This document shows positions 25,466-34,244 of a DNA stretch of 36,662 nt, one piece after another. The translations under genes were made by a program, and so were the position numbers. The stretch lies in the IMG/VR virus record IMGVR_UViG_3300020137_000036, positions 1 through 36,662 of that record. The stretch is one strand, 5' to 3'. This DNA is from a virus. Lineage: Duplodnaviria > Caudoviricetes. Under the pieces are notes generated by a model. The model saw only the letters and a program-made list of their open reading frames with translations, was not told the origin of the DNA and ran no database searches. Each line of letters starts with the position of its first letter. The first letter of the stretch is position 1.

Positions 25466-26352
25466 GGGTCGACCTGCTCGTAGTCGTCGGGTGCGGGGTC
25501 GGTGTCGAGGTCGGGGTCGTCGAGGTCGATCGTGACGCGGAGCCGGTCGAGGTCGGTGGTGGACGTGACCGTGATGCCCTTGTCGCGGAAGATGTCGGCG
25601 GCCTGCTCGCGCAGCGCGTCGGTGACCTTCTCGGGGACGTCGATGCGCTCCGGGCGGCGCAGGGGCACCAGGTCGCCACGCCACGTCGAGAGGAGCTGGT
25701 GCTCGTCGGACTTCCACGTGCCGTTCCCGGGGAGTGCGGGCACGGAGCCGAGGAGGGTGCCGCCGCACCGGACGAGGACCTGGTCGGGGGAGTCCATGCC
25801 GTGCAGGCGCACCGGCTTCTCCTGCCAGGCTGCGATCGCGACGAACCTTGCCAGGTGCTCGGCGTGGACGCGGTACGCCTGACCCGTCGTCGGGACACCC
25901 TCGAGCGCGTCGACGAGGTAGCGGGGGACGTCGGGGTAGCGGTCCGTGTCGTTCGCGGGGACGACCCGCTGGACCGCGAGCTTGCGACCGTCGACGAACT
26001 CCCCGACCTCCGTGAAGGTCACGTGCTCACGGGTGACCTCGATGCGCATGTCGTCGTCGCACCACGACATCCGCAGCGGCCCGCCCGGAGCCTTGAACAC
26101 CGCGAGCGCGGCACGCACCGCGCCGATGGGCAGGTCGAACGTGTCGACGCCCGCGTCGGCGAAGTCGCGGATCTCGGTGCGGTACGCGGCCGCGGTGATG
26201 AGGTCCGTGCACCAGGCGTGCAGGTGGGTGCCCGTCGGGACGAAGCGCACGCGCCCGAGCATCGGGGTGTCGTCGGTCTCACGGCCGGCGTGCGGGGCGG
26301 TCGCGAGGAGCATGCCGCGGAACTGCCCGCGGGAGATCGTGAACGACGTCAT
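25462..26352 (-). CDS. DNA polymerase III beta-clamp-like protein
   Basis: A.PHAG.....PMLGRVRF, LHAWCTD, RYPDV..L and final V.VRCG...G.V motifs resemble clamp domains. Confidence 0.55.
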   Translation of the reverse strand: MTSFTISRGQFRGMLLATAPHAGRETDDTPMLGRVRFVPTGTHLHAWCTDLITAAAYRTEIRDFADAGVDTFDLPIGAVRAALAVFKAPGGPLRMSWCDDDMRIEVTREHVTFTEVGEFVDGRKLAVQRVVPANDTDRYPDVPRYLVDALEGVPTTGQAYRVHAEHLARFVAIAAWQEKPVRLHGMDSPDQVLVRCGGTLLGSVPALPGNGTWKSDEHQLLSTWRGDLVPLRRPERIDVPEKVTDALREQAADIFRDKGITVTSTTDLDRLRVTIDLDDPDLDTDPAPDDYEQVDP

Positions 26353-26726
26353 CGGCCTGCCTCCGTGTCCTGCGCCGTCTGGGCGTCGTCGATCAGGAAC
26401 AGGCCGGTCAGGCCGAGGAGGTTCACGAGCGCGGCGGCGACGTTCGCTGCCTCCCGCGACACGACCGCGGTGTCACGCATCGTCTGCACGTCGCGGGCGA
26501 AGTCACCGGACACGGAGATCAGGACGTGTCCCGCCATCGCCGCGTCCCCGGGGGTACGGGCGATCAGCGCGGACAAGCCCGCCGCCAGGCCCCGAGCCGG
26601 GTCGACGAGCCCCGCGATCACCGGGTCGTACTCGGCGAGGGGCACGACCTCCTCACGGAGCTTGCGGACCTGGTCCTCGACGTACGCCATGGCCTGCGCC
26701 GGGGTCTGCGGGGCCGGGACGCTCAC
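26349..26726 (-). CDS. Hypothetical protein
   Basis: GTGA/ATGA-coupled ORF of 125 aa (MSVPAPQTP...). Confidence 0.6.
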   Translation of the reverse strand: MSVPAPQTPAQAMAYVEDQVRKLREEVVPLAEYDPVIAGLVDPARGLAAGLSALIARTPGDAAMAGHVLISVSGDFARDVQTMRDTAVVSREAANVAAALVNLLGLTGLFLIDDAQTAQDTEAGR

Positions 26727-27616
26727 GCGGTCACCACCTGGTCCGACACGACCACCGGCGCACCCGGTGCGACACGCACACCACCCGGCGACGGCTGCCC
26801 GCACAGGGCGCACTCACCGCGGCGCGCGGAGTGCTCGTGCAGGGCCTGCTTCTCGTCCGCGCGGATCACGGACTCCCAGCACGCACCGCACGCCACGTCC
26901 CCCAGGCGTGCCCCACGCGCGTGCTGCAGCTTCACGCAGCGGGCGCGGGCCCGCGACGCGAGACGGTGCGCGTCGGACAGGTGCCAGCCCGACCCCTTCG
27001 CCCGGTTGCGGACCTTCCCGGCCCTCACGCGGCCCTTCTGGATCGCGCGGGTCAGGGTCCGCTGACCGGCACGGACCTCCTCCTGCTCGTCCGGGTCCAG
27101 CGCCAGCAACGCGAGACGCCCCGACACGTGCGACTGCTGACGACCCACCCGCTGCCCGATCTGAGCGTCCGTCAGACCGTGCTGCGTCTTGAGGCGCTGG
27201 TACGCGCGGGCCTCCTCGATCGGATCGAGGAGCACCCGCTGCTGGTTCTCCGACAGCATCGCGACGAGCACCTGGTCCGCCGGCATCTCCCGACGCACCA
27301 CGACGTCCACGTCCCGCCAGCCCAGGCGCCGCAGCGCCGCGAGCCGCCGGTGACCACACACCACGACCAGGCGGTCACCATCACGGCGCGCGATGATCGG
27401 CTGCAGCAGCCCGACCTGCTCGATCGACGCCGCGAGCTCCGTCACCTCCGTGACCTCGTCACGCGGGTTGCCCGGGTCCCCGTGCAACGCCGACAGCAGC
27501 ACCCGCTGCAACGTCGGCGCAGGTCCCGCCATCCGCGTCGACGGCACCTGCCGCACCACCGGCCCCACCGCAGCGTCCAACGCTGCCGCGAGCGCGTCGC
27601 TCGTGTCCGTGCTCAT
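26723..27616 (-). CDS. ParB/Srx-fold protein with HTH and C-terminal Cys motif
   Basis: NPR, LAASIEQVGLLQPI, VVCGHRRLAA, SENQQR, EEARAY, HTH; C-terminal CGACW and CALC; TGATG overlap with whiB. Confidence 0.85.
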   Translation of the reverse strand: MSTDTSDALAAALDAAVGPVVRQVPSTRMAGPAPTLQRVLLSALHGDPGNPRDEVTEVTELAASIEQVGLLQPIIARRDGDRLVVVCGHRRLAALRRLGWRDVDVVVRREMPADQVLVAMLSENQQRVLLDPIEEARAYQRLKTQHGLTDAQIGQRVGRQQSHVSGRLALLALDPDEQEEVRAGQRTLTRAIQKGRVRAGKVRNRAKGSGWHLSDAHRLASRARARCVKLQHARGARLGDVACGACWESVIRADEKQALHEHSARRGECALCGQPSPGGVRVAPGAPVVVSDQVVTA

Positions 27617-27924
27617 CAGCCCTCGTCCTCCTGGTCGGTCGTGCTCGTGATGTGCGCCCTGCTGCCGGTGAACCGGACCCGGCGCGGCAACCCGTGCGCA
27701 CGCTGCAGCGCCTCGCGCTCGGCCTCCGTCGTGCCGCCCCAGATCCCGTGCACCGCGTGCGTCAGCGCGAACGACAGGCACTCGCGTCGCACCGGGCAGT
27801 CGCCGCACACGCGCTTCGCGGTGGCGATCTGCGCCTCATCACGAGACGACCGCGGGAAGAAGAGCTCCGGGTCGAGCGCGCACGGCGGGCGCCGCGACAG
27901 CGTCGGGATCTCGACGTCAGTCAT
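27616..27924 (-). CDS. whiB: WhiB-family (Wbl) Fe-S transcription factor
   Basis: C..DPELFFP, AKRVCGDCPVRRECL, HGIWGGTTEAER. Confidence 0.95.
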   Translation of the reverse strand: MTDVEIPTLSRRPPCALDPELFFPRSSRDEAQIATAKRVCGDCPVRRECLSFALTHAVHGIWGGTTEAEREALQRAHGLPRRVRFTGSRAHITSTTDQEDEG

Positions 27925-27927
27925 CGC

Positions 27928-29508
27928 TCACACGTCCCCGTCGTCGTCGAGCTCGTCGTCGTCCTCGTCGGGGACGACGACGAGTGCGGCGCGCTCCGCG
28001 TCCGACACCTGGTAGCCGAGCTGCTCGAGCAGCCCGTACCACCGGGTCGTCGTGATCGACCTGCCGCCGTCACACCACGCGTCCTCCGTGATCGGCTCGA
28101 CGCCGGCCGCGAGCGCGGCGAGCAGACGCTGCGGGGCCGGCAGTGCGGCCGCGGCGGCCGTCGCGAGGGGCAGGAGCGCGCGTCGGTGGTAGTCGGCCTT
28201 GTAGTCGTCGGGCAGGTCGATGCGCAGCCACTCGACGAGCCCGTCCGCGTTGTCCGCGCGCCACGGCACCGAGTGCTGACGGTAGACACCGCCGTAGTAG
28301 GTGCCCTCCCACGGGCCCTCCGCGAGGACCGTCGCGGCGTAGTCCACGACGGTGGCGGTCTGGTCCTTCGTGAGCGACTTGCGGTCGTGGATCAGGTGCT
28401 CGAGGAACTCACGGCGCATCGCCGCCGTGACCGTCGCGAACTGCTTACGGGCCGCCCGCGCGTCACGCTCCTCCCGGGCGCGGTCCTCGCGCTCCGCGCG
28501 CGTGGCGTCCATCCGCTCCTTCGCGGCCGCGTCCTGCTGCGCCTCCTCGAGCGTGAACGGCCGGTACACGGCGACCGCGTCGTAGTACCAGCGCCACGAC
28601 CACCCCGGGCCGAGCGCCGCCTCGAGCTCGGCGAGCGTCTCCGCGTCGCGGAGCCGCGCGACGCTGTCCTGCGAGAACCGGTCGTACATCACCGACCCCT
28701 CAGGCGGGCCCCACTGGTCGGCCTGCAGCTCGGTCGCGTTCGCGGCCCGCAGCAGGTCCAGCAGCGGCGCGAACATCTCGTCGCGCTTCTGCCGGTCCCG
28801 GACCTTCTGCAGCTCGAACCGGAAGCTCGGCGTCCCGAGCTTCTTCACGAGCGGCGCCTGGTCGACCTCCGGGAGATCCGCGATCGCGGCCGCGTCGTCC
28901 AAGGTGATCTCGTGACGGTGCACCGCCGCACGCGCCTGCTCCGGCAACGGCACCAGACGCAACCGCGAGCGCACCGTCGTCTCCGAGCGGCCCGTGCGGG
29001 CCGCGACCGTCGCGACGTCGACACCAAGGTCGAGCAGGCCCTGGTAGCCGTCGGCCTCCTCCACCGGGGACAGGTCCGTGCGCTGCAGGTTCTCCAGGAG
29101 CATCAGCTCGAGCTGGTCCGCCTCCGTCAGGGACGGGTCCACCACCGCCGGCAGGTGCGTGACACCCGCGAGCGCCGCGGCCGCGGTGCGACGGTGCCCG
29201 ATCACGATCCGGTACGCGGACGCGTCGTCGGGGTCCGGCACGACGAGCAGGTTCTGACGGACACCGTGCGCACGGATCGAGTCCGCGAGCTCCGTCAGGT
29301 CACCCAGGTCCGTGCGCGGGTTGCGCGGGTGCGGGTGCAGGCGCTCGACGGGCAGCAGGGTCGTCGAACGGAACCCGGCCTGGTCGGGGTGTAGGTCGGC
29401 CGACGCAGCGATCGCGTCGAGGACGTGCGTGGACGAGGTGGTGGTCTCGACCTCGGGGACGGATGCTCGGCCGCGGCGCGGCTTCGGTGTGGTGGTCGTG
29501 GTGGGCAT
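27928..29508 (-). CDS. Large ParB/RepB/Spo0J-family protein
   Basis: HPRNPR, LADSIRAHGVRQNL, IVIGHRR, ENLQRTDLSPVEEA, HTH GRSETTVRSRLRL; long C-terminus ending LEQLGYQVSDAE. Confidence 0.9.
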   Translation of the reverse strand: MPTTTTTPKPRRGRASVPEVETTTSSTHVLDAIAASADLHPDQAGFRSTTLLPVERLHPHPRNPRTDLGDLTELADSIRAHGVRQNLLVVPDPDDASAYRIVIGHRRTAAAALAGVTHLPAVVDPSLTEADQLELMLLENLQRTDLSPVEEADGYQGLLDLGVDVATVAARTGRSETTVRSRLRLVPLPEQARAAVHRHEITLDDAAAIADLPEVDQAPLVKKLGTPSFRFELQKVRDRQKRDEMFAPLLDLLRAANATELQADQWGPPEGSVMYDRFSQDSVARLRDAETLAELEAALGPGWSWRWYYDAVAVYRPFTLEEAQQDAAAKERMDATRAEREDRAREERDARAARKQFATVTAAMRREFLEHLIHDRKSLTKDQTATVVDYAATVLAEGPWEGTYYGGVYRQHSVPWRADNADGLVEWLRIDLPDDYKADYHRRALLPLATAAAAALPAPQRLLAALAAGVEPITEDAWCDGGRSITTTRWYGLLEQLGYQVSDAERAALVVVPDEDDDELDDDGDV

Positions 29509-29556
29509 CGGGGTGGCTCCTCCTGCTGGGTGGGTGGTCGGTCGGGTGGTGGGTGG

Positions 29557-30102
29557 TCAGGCGGGGGTGCGGTGCCAGACGCGCGCGTACCGGTCCTCGA
29601 GCAGCTCGGCCGCGGTCAGGTAGTCCGCTGCGAGGTCCGGGCGGTCGGTGCGCCAGTACGCCGCGTCGGAGTGCGCACACGCCGCGGCGGACGCGAGCGC
29701 GGCGGCCGGGCGGGTCGGCGTCGTGGCCCCGTCCGGGTGCTGCACCCGCTGCGCGAGGTCACGTGCGAGCGACCGCTCCCGCTGCAGCAGGACCGCGGCG
29801 AGGCGACGCGGCCGCGGCACCGTGAGCCCCGCAGCCCGGTTCGCGTGGCGGGCCGGGCACGTCGCGAAGTGCGTCAACGCGGGGTGCTCGTGCGGGGCGA
29901 TCGGGTTGTCGACCGTCAGCGGGCGGCACGTCGTGCGACCCGTCGACAGGGCGTGCGACGGTGCGACCGGTGACAGCGCGGCGACGTAGTCGACGTCGAG
30001 CGGGATGTACGAGCGGGTGCGGGACTTGCGCTGGTGCTCCGGGATCACCAGGACCAGCGAGACCGGTGCACCACACAGCTCGCACGCCGTCAGGCGCCTC
30101 AC
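29557..30102 (-). CDS. Hypothetical protein with Zn-binding-like motifs
   Basis: GTGA-coupled start at 30102; CELCGAP...IPLD...HFATCP. Confidence 0.6.
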   Translation of the reverse strand: MRRLTACELCGAPVSLVLVIPEHQRKSRTRSYIPLDVDYVAALSPVAPSHALSTGRTTCRPLTVDNPIAPHEHPALTHFATCPARHANRAAGLTVPRPRRLAAVLLQRERSLARDLAQRVQHPDGATTPTRPAAALASAAACAHSDAAYWRTDRPDLAADYLTAAELLEDRYARVWHRTPA

Positions 30103-31175
30103 GCGGCAGCCCTCCGCTCCGCCGAGCGGGCGCCCTGCACGGCCGCGAGCACGTCGTGGCGACCGTGCCGGTACGCGGCGCGCTCGACCCCGCTCACGCT
30201 CACCCCGAGCCGACGAGCAGCGTCGGTCGGGTGCGCACCAGACGCGACGAGGTGCATCCACTCGTCGAGGTCGACCCCGGCACGCTGCACCGGCCCGCTC
30301 GTCGGGACCGGGGCGGTCGGGTCGTCGATCGCCTCGTCGTCCCACATCGCCGGGACCGGCCACCCACCCTCAGCCGCGCGACGACGCGCACGGGACGCGG
30401 AGCCCCGCTCGCGCTGCGTCGTCTCCGGCGCCGGACGGTCACCGATCGCCTCGTACGCTGCACGGACCTTCGCCGCGGTCGACGCGACGACCCGATGTCC
30501 ACGCAGCGCACGGTCGAGCGCCTGCCGGTCCAGCCCGTGCTCGTCCGCGACCCGCTGGACCGACCAGCCCAGCGCGAGGAGCCCACCCAGGCGGCGGACC
30601 GTCCCCGTCGGGTCGACCCGAGCGCCCGGCGCGACGTCACCCAGGCGGACCGCGAGGATCTGCTCAGCCCGCGCACGCCGCACCCGACGAGCCGGGCCGC
30701 GCCGCGTCCCGTCCTCACGGACCTTGCCGTACATGAGGGTGCAGATCGCGCCGCCGTGCATCCCCGCCAGGGACTCGATGCGCTTGAGGCCCACCCCGGA
30801 CGCCATGAGCGCACGGACGTGCTCACGCACCGGGTCGGCGTCGACGAGGTCCGCACGGCCGTACGCCAGCTGGCGCAGCCGACCCTGCTCGTACTCCGCG
30901 TTCGCGACCGCACACGGCACACACCGGCACCGGTCGAGGGTGTAGCACGCGTACGTGCCGTGCTCGTGCGCCGCACGCTTGTGCCGGCACGGCTGCGGGG
31001 TGCGGTCCACCGCACGCTCCCGCGCGATCCCACGCTCGTACGACGCGCGCACGCGCCGGTGCTTCTCGCACGAGTGCAGCCGCAGCGCGTGCGCCGCCAG
31101 CCCCGGCGTCATCGGCCGCGACGACCACCCGCACTCGCACCGCGGGACCACGCGCTCCGACACACGGGCGGTCAC
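30099..31175 (-). CDS. Multi-HTH DNA-binding protein with Cys/His clusters
   Basis: GTGA-coupled start at 31175; HGTYACY...CRCVPC, VDADPVREHVRAL, GTVRRL..L...GW, WDDEAIDDP, C-terminal AARRLGVS HTH. Confidence 0.75.
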   Translation of the reverse strand: MTARVSERVVPRCECGWSSRPMTPGLAAHALRLHSCEKHRRVRASYERGIARERAVDRTPQPCRHKRAAHEHGTYACYTLDRCRCVPCAVANAEYEQGRLRQLAYGRADLVDADPVREHVRALMASGVGLKRIESLAGMHGGAICTLMYGKVREDGTRRGPARRVRRARAEQILAVRLGDVAPGARVDPTGTVRRLGGLLALGWSVQRVADEHGLDRQALDRALRGHRVVASTAAKVRAAYEAIGDRPAPETTQRERGSASRARRRAAEGGWPVPAMWDDEAIDDPTAPVPTSGPVQRAGVDLDEWMHLVASGAHPTDAARRLGVSVSGVERAAYRHGRHDVLAAVQGARSAERRAAA

Positions 31176-31546
31176 AGCGGACCACCACCCACGTAGTCCA
31201 GGTCCGGGTCGTCGACGAGCGAGAACATCACGGCCGGGATCCGCGGGGACGACGGCTGCACCGTCGGGGTGGCGGTGTCGCCGCGCAGCTGCACGAAGCG
31301 ACCCGTCAGGCGGTTCACGCGGCGCGCGACCGGCCACATGTGCTCCGCGACGTGACGCGGCGGGCCCGCGAGCAGGGTGTGCCCCGCCGTCCCGTCACCC
31401 GCGACCAGGTCCGACGTGTCCAGCGGACGGAGCATCGCCGGCCCCGACTCGATCAGCGCCAGACGCGACGCGTGGACCTCCGCACCCGACTGTGCGGCCG
31501 CGAGCGACAGCACCGCCTCCGTCGCGGACAGACGCGCCGCGGTCAC
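31172..31546 (-). CDS. Hypothetical protein
   Basis: GTGA overlaps at both ends; 124 aa. Confidence 0.55.
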   Translation of the reverse strand: MTAARLSATEAVLSLAAAQSGAEVHASRLALIESGPAMLRPLDTSDLVAGDGTAGHTLLAGPPRHVAEHMWPVARRVNRLTGRFVQLRGDTATPTVQPSSPRIPAVMFSLVDDPDLDYVGGGPL

Positions 31547-32601
31547 CGGGCACCACCACGACGGGACACACCCCACGCGATGACACCGACCAGCAGCGTC
31601 ACGACCCCCGCAAGGAACAGCACGCCGCCGTCCCAGCCGGTCGCCGCGAGCTCACCCGTCACGGCCCGCTGGTGCGCCGCGTCAGGGTTCGAGGTCGAGA
31701 GCACCTGCGACGGCACCCGGGTCCCCGGCGCAGCTGGCGTCGGCACGGCAGACGAGACAGGCGTCGCAGACGTGACCGGCGACGGCGAGGCCGAGGGCCC
31801 GACGGACGACGACGTCGGGCTCGGGACCGGGCTCTGGGACGGGGCCGGCGACGGGACCGAGGTAGGCGACGGGGTCGAACTCGGCGAGGGAGACGACGCG
31901 GACGGCGTCGGCGTCGGCGCGGGCGGGACGACGGTCGGCGTCGACGACGGCTCCGGGGTCGGCTCGACGGTCGGTGCGGCGGTCGGTTCGGCGGTGACCG
32001 TCGGCTCGGGCTCCGGCTCCGGCGTGGCGGTCACGGTCGGCTCGGGCGACGGCTCCGGCTCCGGCGAGCTCGTCGGCTCCGGGCTCGGCGTGACTGTCGG
32101 GGTCGGGGTGGATGTCGTCGGGCACGGGTGCGGCTCCTTCGTGTGGTGCGGCTTGTGCGTGTGCTGCGGGGTGCTCAGGCAGACGGGCTCCTGACCGCCC
32201 TCCCCGAAGTGCTCGGACGCGCCCGACCACTGGACCCACACGACGCACCCGTCGGTGATCCCGAACGCCGCCCACGGGACGAAGCTGCGACCCACCCAGG
32301 ACGCGCCCGGGTGGCCGTTGTTCGGGTCCATGTGCAGGCCGTGCGTCACCCCGTCCGCCGTGCGGACGTTGATGTGCGAGTGCGCCTGCAGCGGCGACGG
32401 GAACGACAGCCCGTCGCGGCCCACGGTGTACGGGGTCGGGTCGTGCGACGCGGCACGCGCCGACGACGCGACGAGCGCACCGACCCCGACCAGCACAGCC
32501 GTCAGGCCGAGAGCCGCGACGAGCACCAGCACCAGACCCAGGGCCCGGGCGGACGCACGCCCCTCGACAAGGCGCGGGTCGCGCGCGTGACGCGGGCTCA
32601 C
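31543..32601 (-). CDS. Secreted, cell-wall-anchored surface protein (LAxTG sorting signal)
   Basis: Signal peptide ending ARA-A; His-rich ~100-aa domain; long Pro/Thr/Ser/Glu stalk; LAATG followed by a TM helix and basic tail RRGGAR. Confidence 0.8.
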   Translation of the reverse strand: MSPRHARDPRLVEGRASARALGLVLVLVAALGLTAVLVGVGALVASSARAASHDPTPYTVGRDGLSFPSPLQAHSHINVRTADGVTHGLHMDPNNGHPGASWVGRSFVPWAAFGITDGCVVWVQWSGASEHFGEGGQEPVCLSTPQHTHKPHHTKEPHPCPTTSTPTPTVTPSPEPTSSPEPEPSPEPTVTATPEPEPEPTVTAEPTAAPTVEPTPEPSSTPTVVPPAPTPTPSASSPSPSSTPSPTSVPSPAPSQSPVPSPTSSSVGPSASPSPVTSATPVSSAVPTPAAPGTRVPSQVLSTSNPDAAHQRAVTGELAATGWDGGVLFLAGVVTLLVGVIAWGVSRRGGAR

Positions 32602-33146
32602 CGGGCCACCTCCGAGCACCCCTCGTAGTGCTCCTGCACGGCCAGGGAGTGCGCGACGAGCTCCGCGTCCGTCGCGCCCTGCTCGACCCACGCGGTCCAC
32701 CCGCACGGGCACCACGACTGCGCGACCACCGGCCGCGGCGCCGCGGCGAGCACCGCGCACGGCACGCAGTGCGCACGGGCGACCACACCACCGTGCTCCG
32801 AGCACCGGCGCATTGCCTCGTCCAGCAGGTCCCGCTGCTCCGGCACGTCCGGCACCAGCACCGGCACCACCGGCGCGGCCGCGGCCACGGCCACCGGCCG
32901 CTCGTCGTCCACGCGCATCACCGCGGCGAGGTCCGTGACCCACCCCGGGTACGCGGCAGGGTCACCGTGCTGCCAGCGTGCACGCTCCACGTCGGCCTCG
33001 ACCTGCGCGGCCACCGCAGCGGCCTCCTCGAGCAGCTCCGCGAACCGCGCCGCGTCGAGGCGGACCGTGTCGGGGCTGTCGGCGTCCAGGACCCGCTCAG
33101 CGGCGGCCTGCAACACCTCGGACAGGGACAGCGTCTTCGTCGTCAT
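32598..33146 (-). CDS. Hypothetical protein with C-terminal Cys/His motifs
   Basis: 182 aa; GGAG RBS; CSEH..HCVPC and CPCGW...H...H. Confidence 0.6.
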   Translation of the reverse strand: MTTKTLSLSEVLQAAAERVLDADSPDTVRLDAARFAELLEEAAAVAAQVEADVERARWQHGDPAAYPGWVTDLAAVMRVDDERPVAVAAAAPVVPVLVPDVPEQRDLLDEAMRRCSEHGGVVARAHCVPCAVLAAAPRPVVAQSWCPCGWTAWVEQGATDAELVAHSLAVQEHYEGCSEVAR

Positions 33147-33159
33147 CGTGGGTCTCCGA

Positions 33160-33651
33160 TCAGCGGGTAGGGCGGTAGGCGGGGAAGCGCCGGATCGACG
33201 CGGGGCGGTCGGCCACCACGCGCAGCGGCTGGGTCGGCTCCGCCTGCGGGACGGCCTCGAGGTGCGGGCACGTGCACTCCGAGACCAGGTGCATGTGCTG
33301 CCGCGTCGCGCACAGCTCGTCGTGACCCGCGTCGACCGCGGCCGCGAACACCGTCCGCGGCGCGAGCCCGTCGAGGCCGGTCACCGTCACGTGCTCGTCC
33401 GGCTCGATCGCCGCGAGCACGGCCTCCATCGACTCCGGGTCGTGCACCGGCAGCGGTGCCACCTCGACGACCGGCGCAGGCGCCGGACGGTGCGCAGCCT
33501 GGATCGCGGCCCACCGCATCAGCAGCGACTGGACCTGCGGGGAGTCCGCGCCGTAACGCGACGCCAGGGACTCGAAACGCCGCAACGCCGCGGCGTCGAA
33601 CAGCTCGGGCGGCGTCGTGAACGGCCGGCTGATGGTGGTGGCGGAGCTCAT
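33160..33651 (-). CDS. Hypothetical protein
   Basis: 163 aa; GGAGG RBS; H..C.....H....C.C motif. Confidence 0.6.
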   Translation of the reverse strand: MSSATTISRPFTTPPELFDAAALRRFESLASRYGADSPQVQSLLMRWAAIQAAHRPAPAPVVEVAPLPVHDPESMEAVLAAIEPDEHVTVTGLDGLAPRTVFAAAVDAGHDELCATRQHMHLVSECTCPHLEAVPQAEPTQPLRVVADRPASIRRFPAYRPTR

Positions 33652-33691
33652 GGGAAACCTCCGGGTGGGTGGTGGCGGGTGAGTGGTGGGA

Positions 33692-33904
33692 TCAGGACGT
33701 CGTGCGGCGCGCCGCGAGGAACGCGTCCACCGCGCGCTGCTCGACCCGGTACGCGCCGCGAGCGCCGCGCCCGACGCGGAACGCGGCGAGCTCTCCGCGG
33801 CGGATGTGCTGACGGACCGTCCACTCCGACTCCCGGAGCTGCGCCGCGACCTCCGGCACGAGCAGCAGCACGGGCACGGCCGGCGCAGCCGTCTGCGCGC
33901 TCAC
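33692..33904 (-). CDS. Excisionase-like HTH_17 protein
   Basis: LLLVPEVAAQLRESEWTVRQHIRRGELAAFRVG...YRV; GTGA overlap with the cro-like gene. Confidence 0.85.
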   Translation of the reverse strand: MSAQTAAPAVPVLLLVPEVAAQLRESEWTVRQHIRRGELAAFRVGRGARGAYRVEQRAVDAFLAARRTTS

Positions 33905-34158
33905 GCCGGGATCCGCTCGGACGCGGTGAGGCGCTCGGCGCGTGCGATGAGCTCGGTCACGGTCAGGCCGAGCCAGTCGGCGACGGTGCAGAGCTCGACG
34001 ATGTCGAAGGGGACCTCGCCGTCGAGACGTCGCGCGGCCGTGGCGGGGTGGACGCCGAGCGTCTGCGCCAGGTCGGCGCGGCTCTTGCGGCGACGGCCCA
34101 TCTCCGCGCGAATCTCCGAGGCGATTGCCGCTTCGAGCGCTGGTGCGTGATTCGTCAT
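33901..34158 (-). CDS. Cro-like XRE/BetR-type HTH protein
   Basis: EIRAEMGRR..SRADLAQTLG......RRLDGEVPF...EL..VADWLG; divergent from the repressor. Confidence 0.85.
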   Translation of the reverse strand: MTNHAPALEAAIASEIRAEMGRRRKSRADLAQTLGVHPATAARRLDGEVPFDIVELCTVADWLGLTVTELIARAERLTASERIPA

Positions 34159-34194
34159 GCGGAAGATGTTGCATGACGGATCATCCGGTGTCAA
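34159..34194 (-). promoter_or_regulatory. Early lytic promoter (likely leaderless cro mRNA)
   Basis: TTGACA (34194-34189), 17 nt, CAACAT (34171-34166), 7 nt, ATG (34158); no SD sequence. Confidence 0.7.
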
Positions 34195-34208
34195 GCATGT
34201 CATGCACC

Positions 34209-34244
34209 TTGCGCAGAAATCATGCATCTGCCACTCTGGCCCGT
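34209..34244 (+). promoter_or_regulatory. Repressor promoter (likely leaderless)
   Basis: TTGCGC (34209-34214), 17 nt ending TGc, CACTCT (34232-34237), 7 nt, ATG (34245); no SD sequence. Confidence 0.6.

Noticed and set aside
26723-29508. parABS plasmid-prophage partition cassette
   Set aside because: No ParA ATPase or evident parS array; the genes sit in the lytic early operon and an intact integrase is present
31760-32120. Low-complexity GGCTCC/GTCGG repeats and the Gly/Val-rich plus-strand ORF 31340..32194
   Set aside because: Antisense image of the Pro/Thr/Ser/Glu stalk of the surface protein
24645-33904. Many early proteins ending in Ala or Ala-Arg as degradation tags
   Set aside because: Largely explained by RBS plus GTGA/ATGA overlap constraints on the last codons
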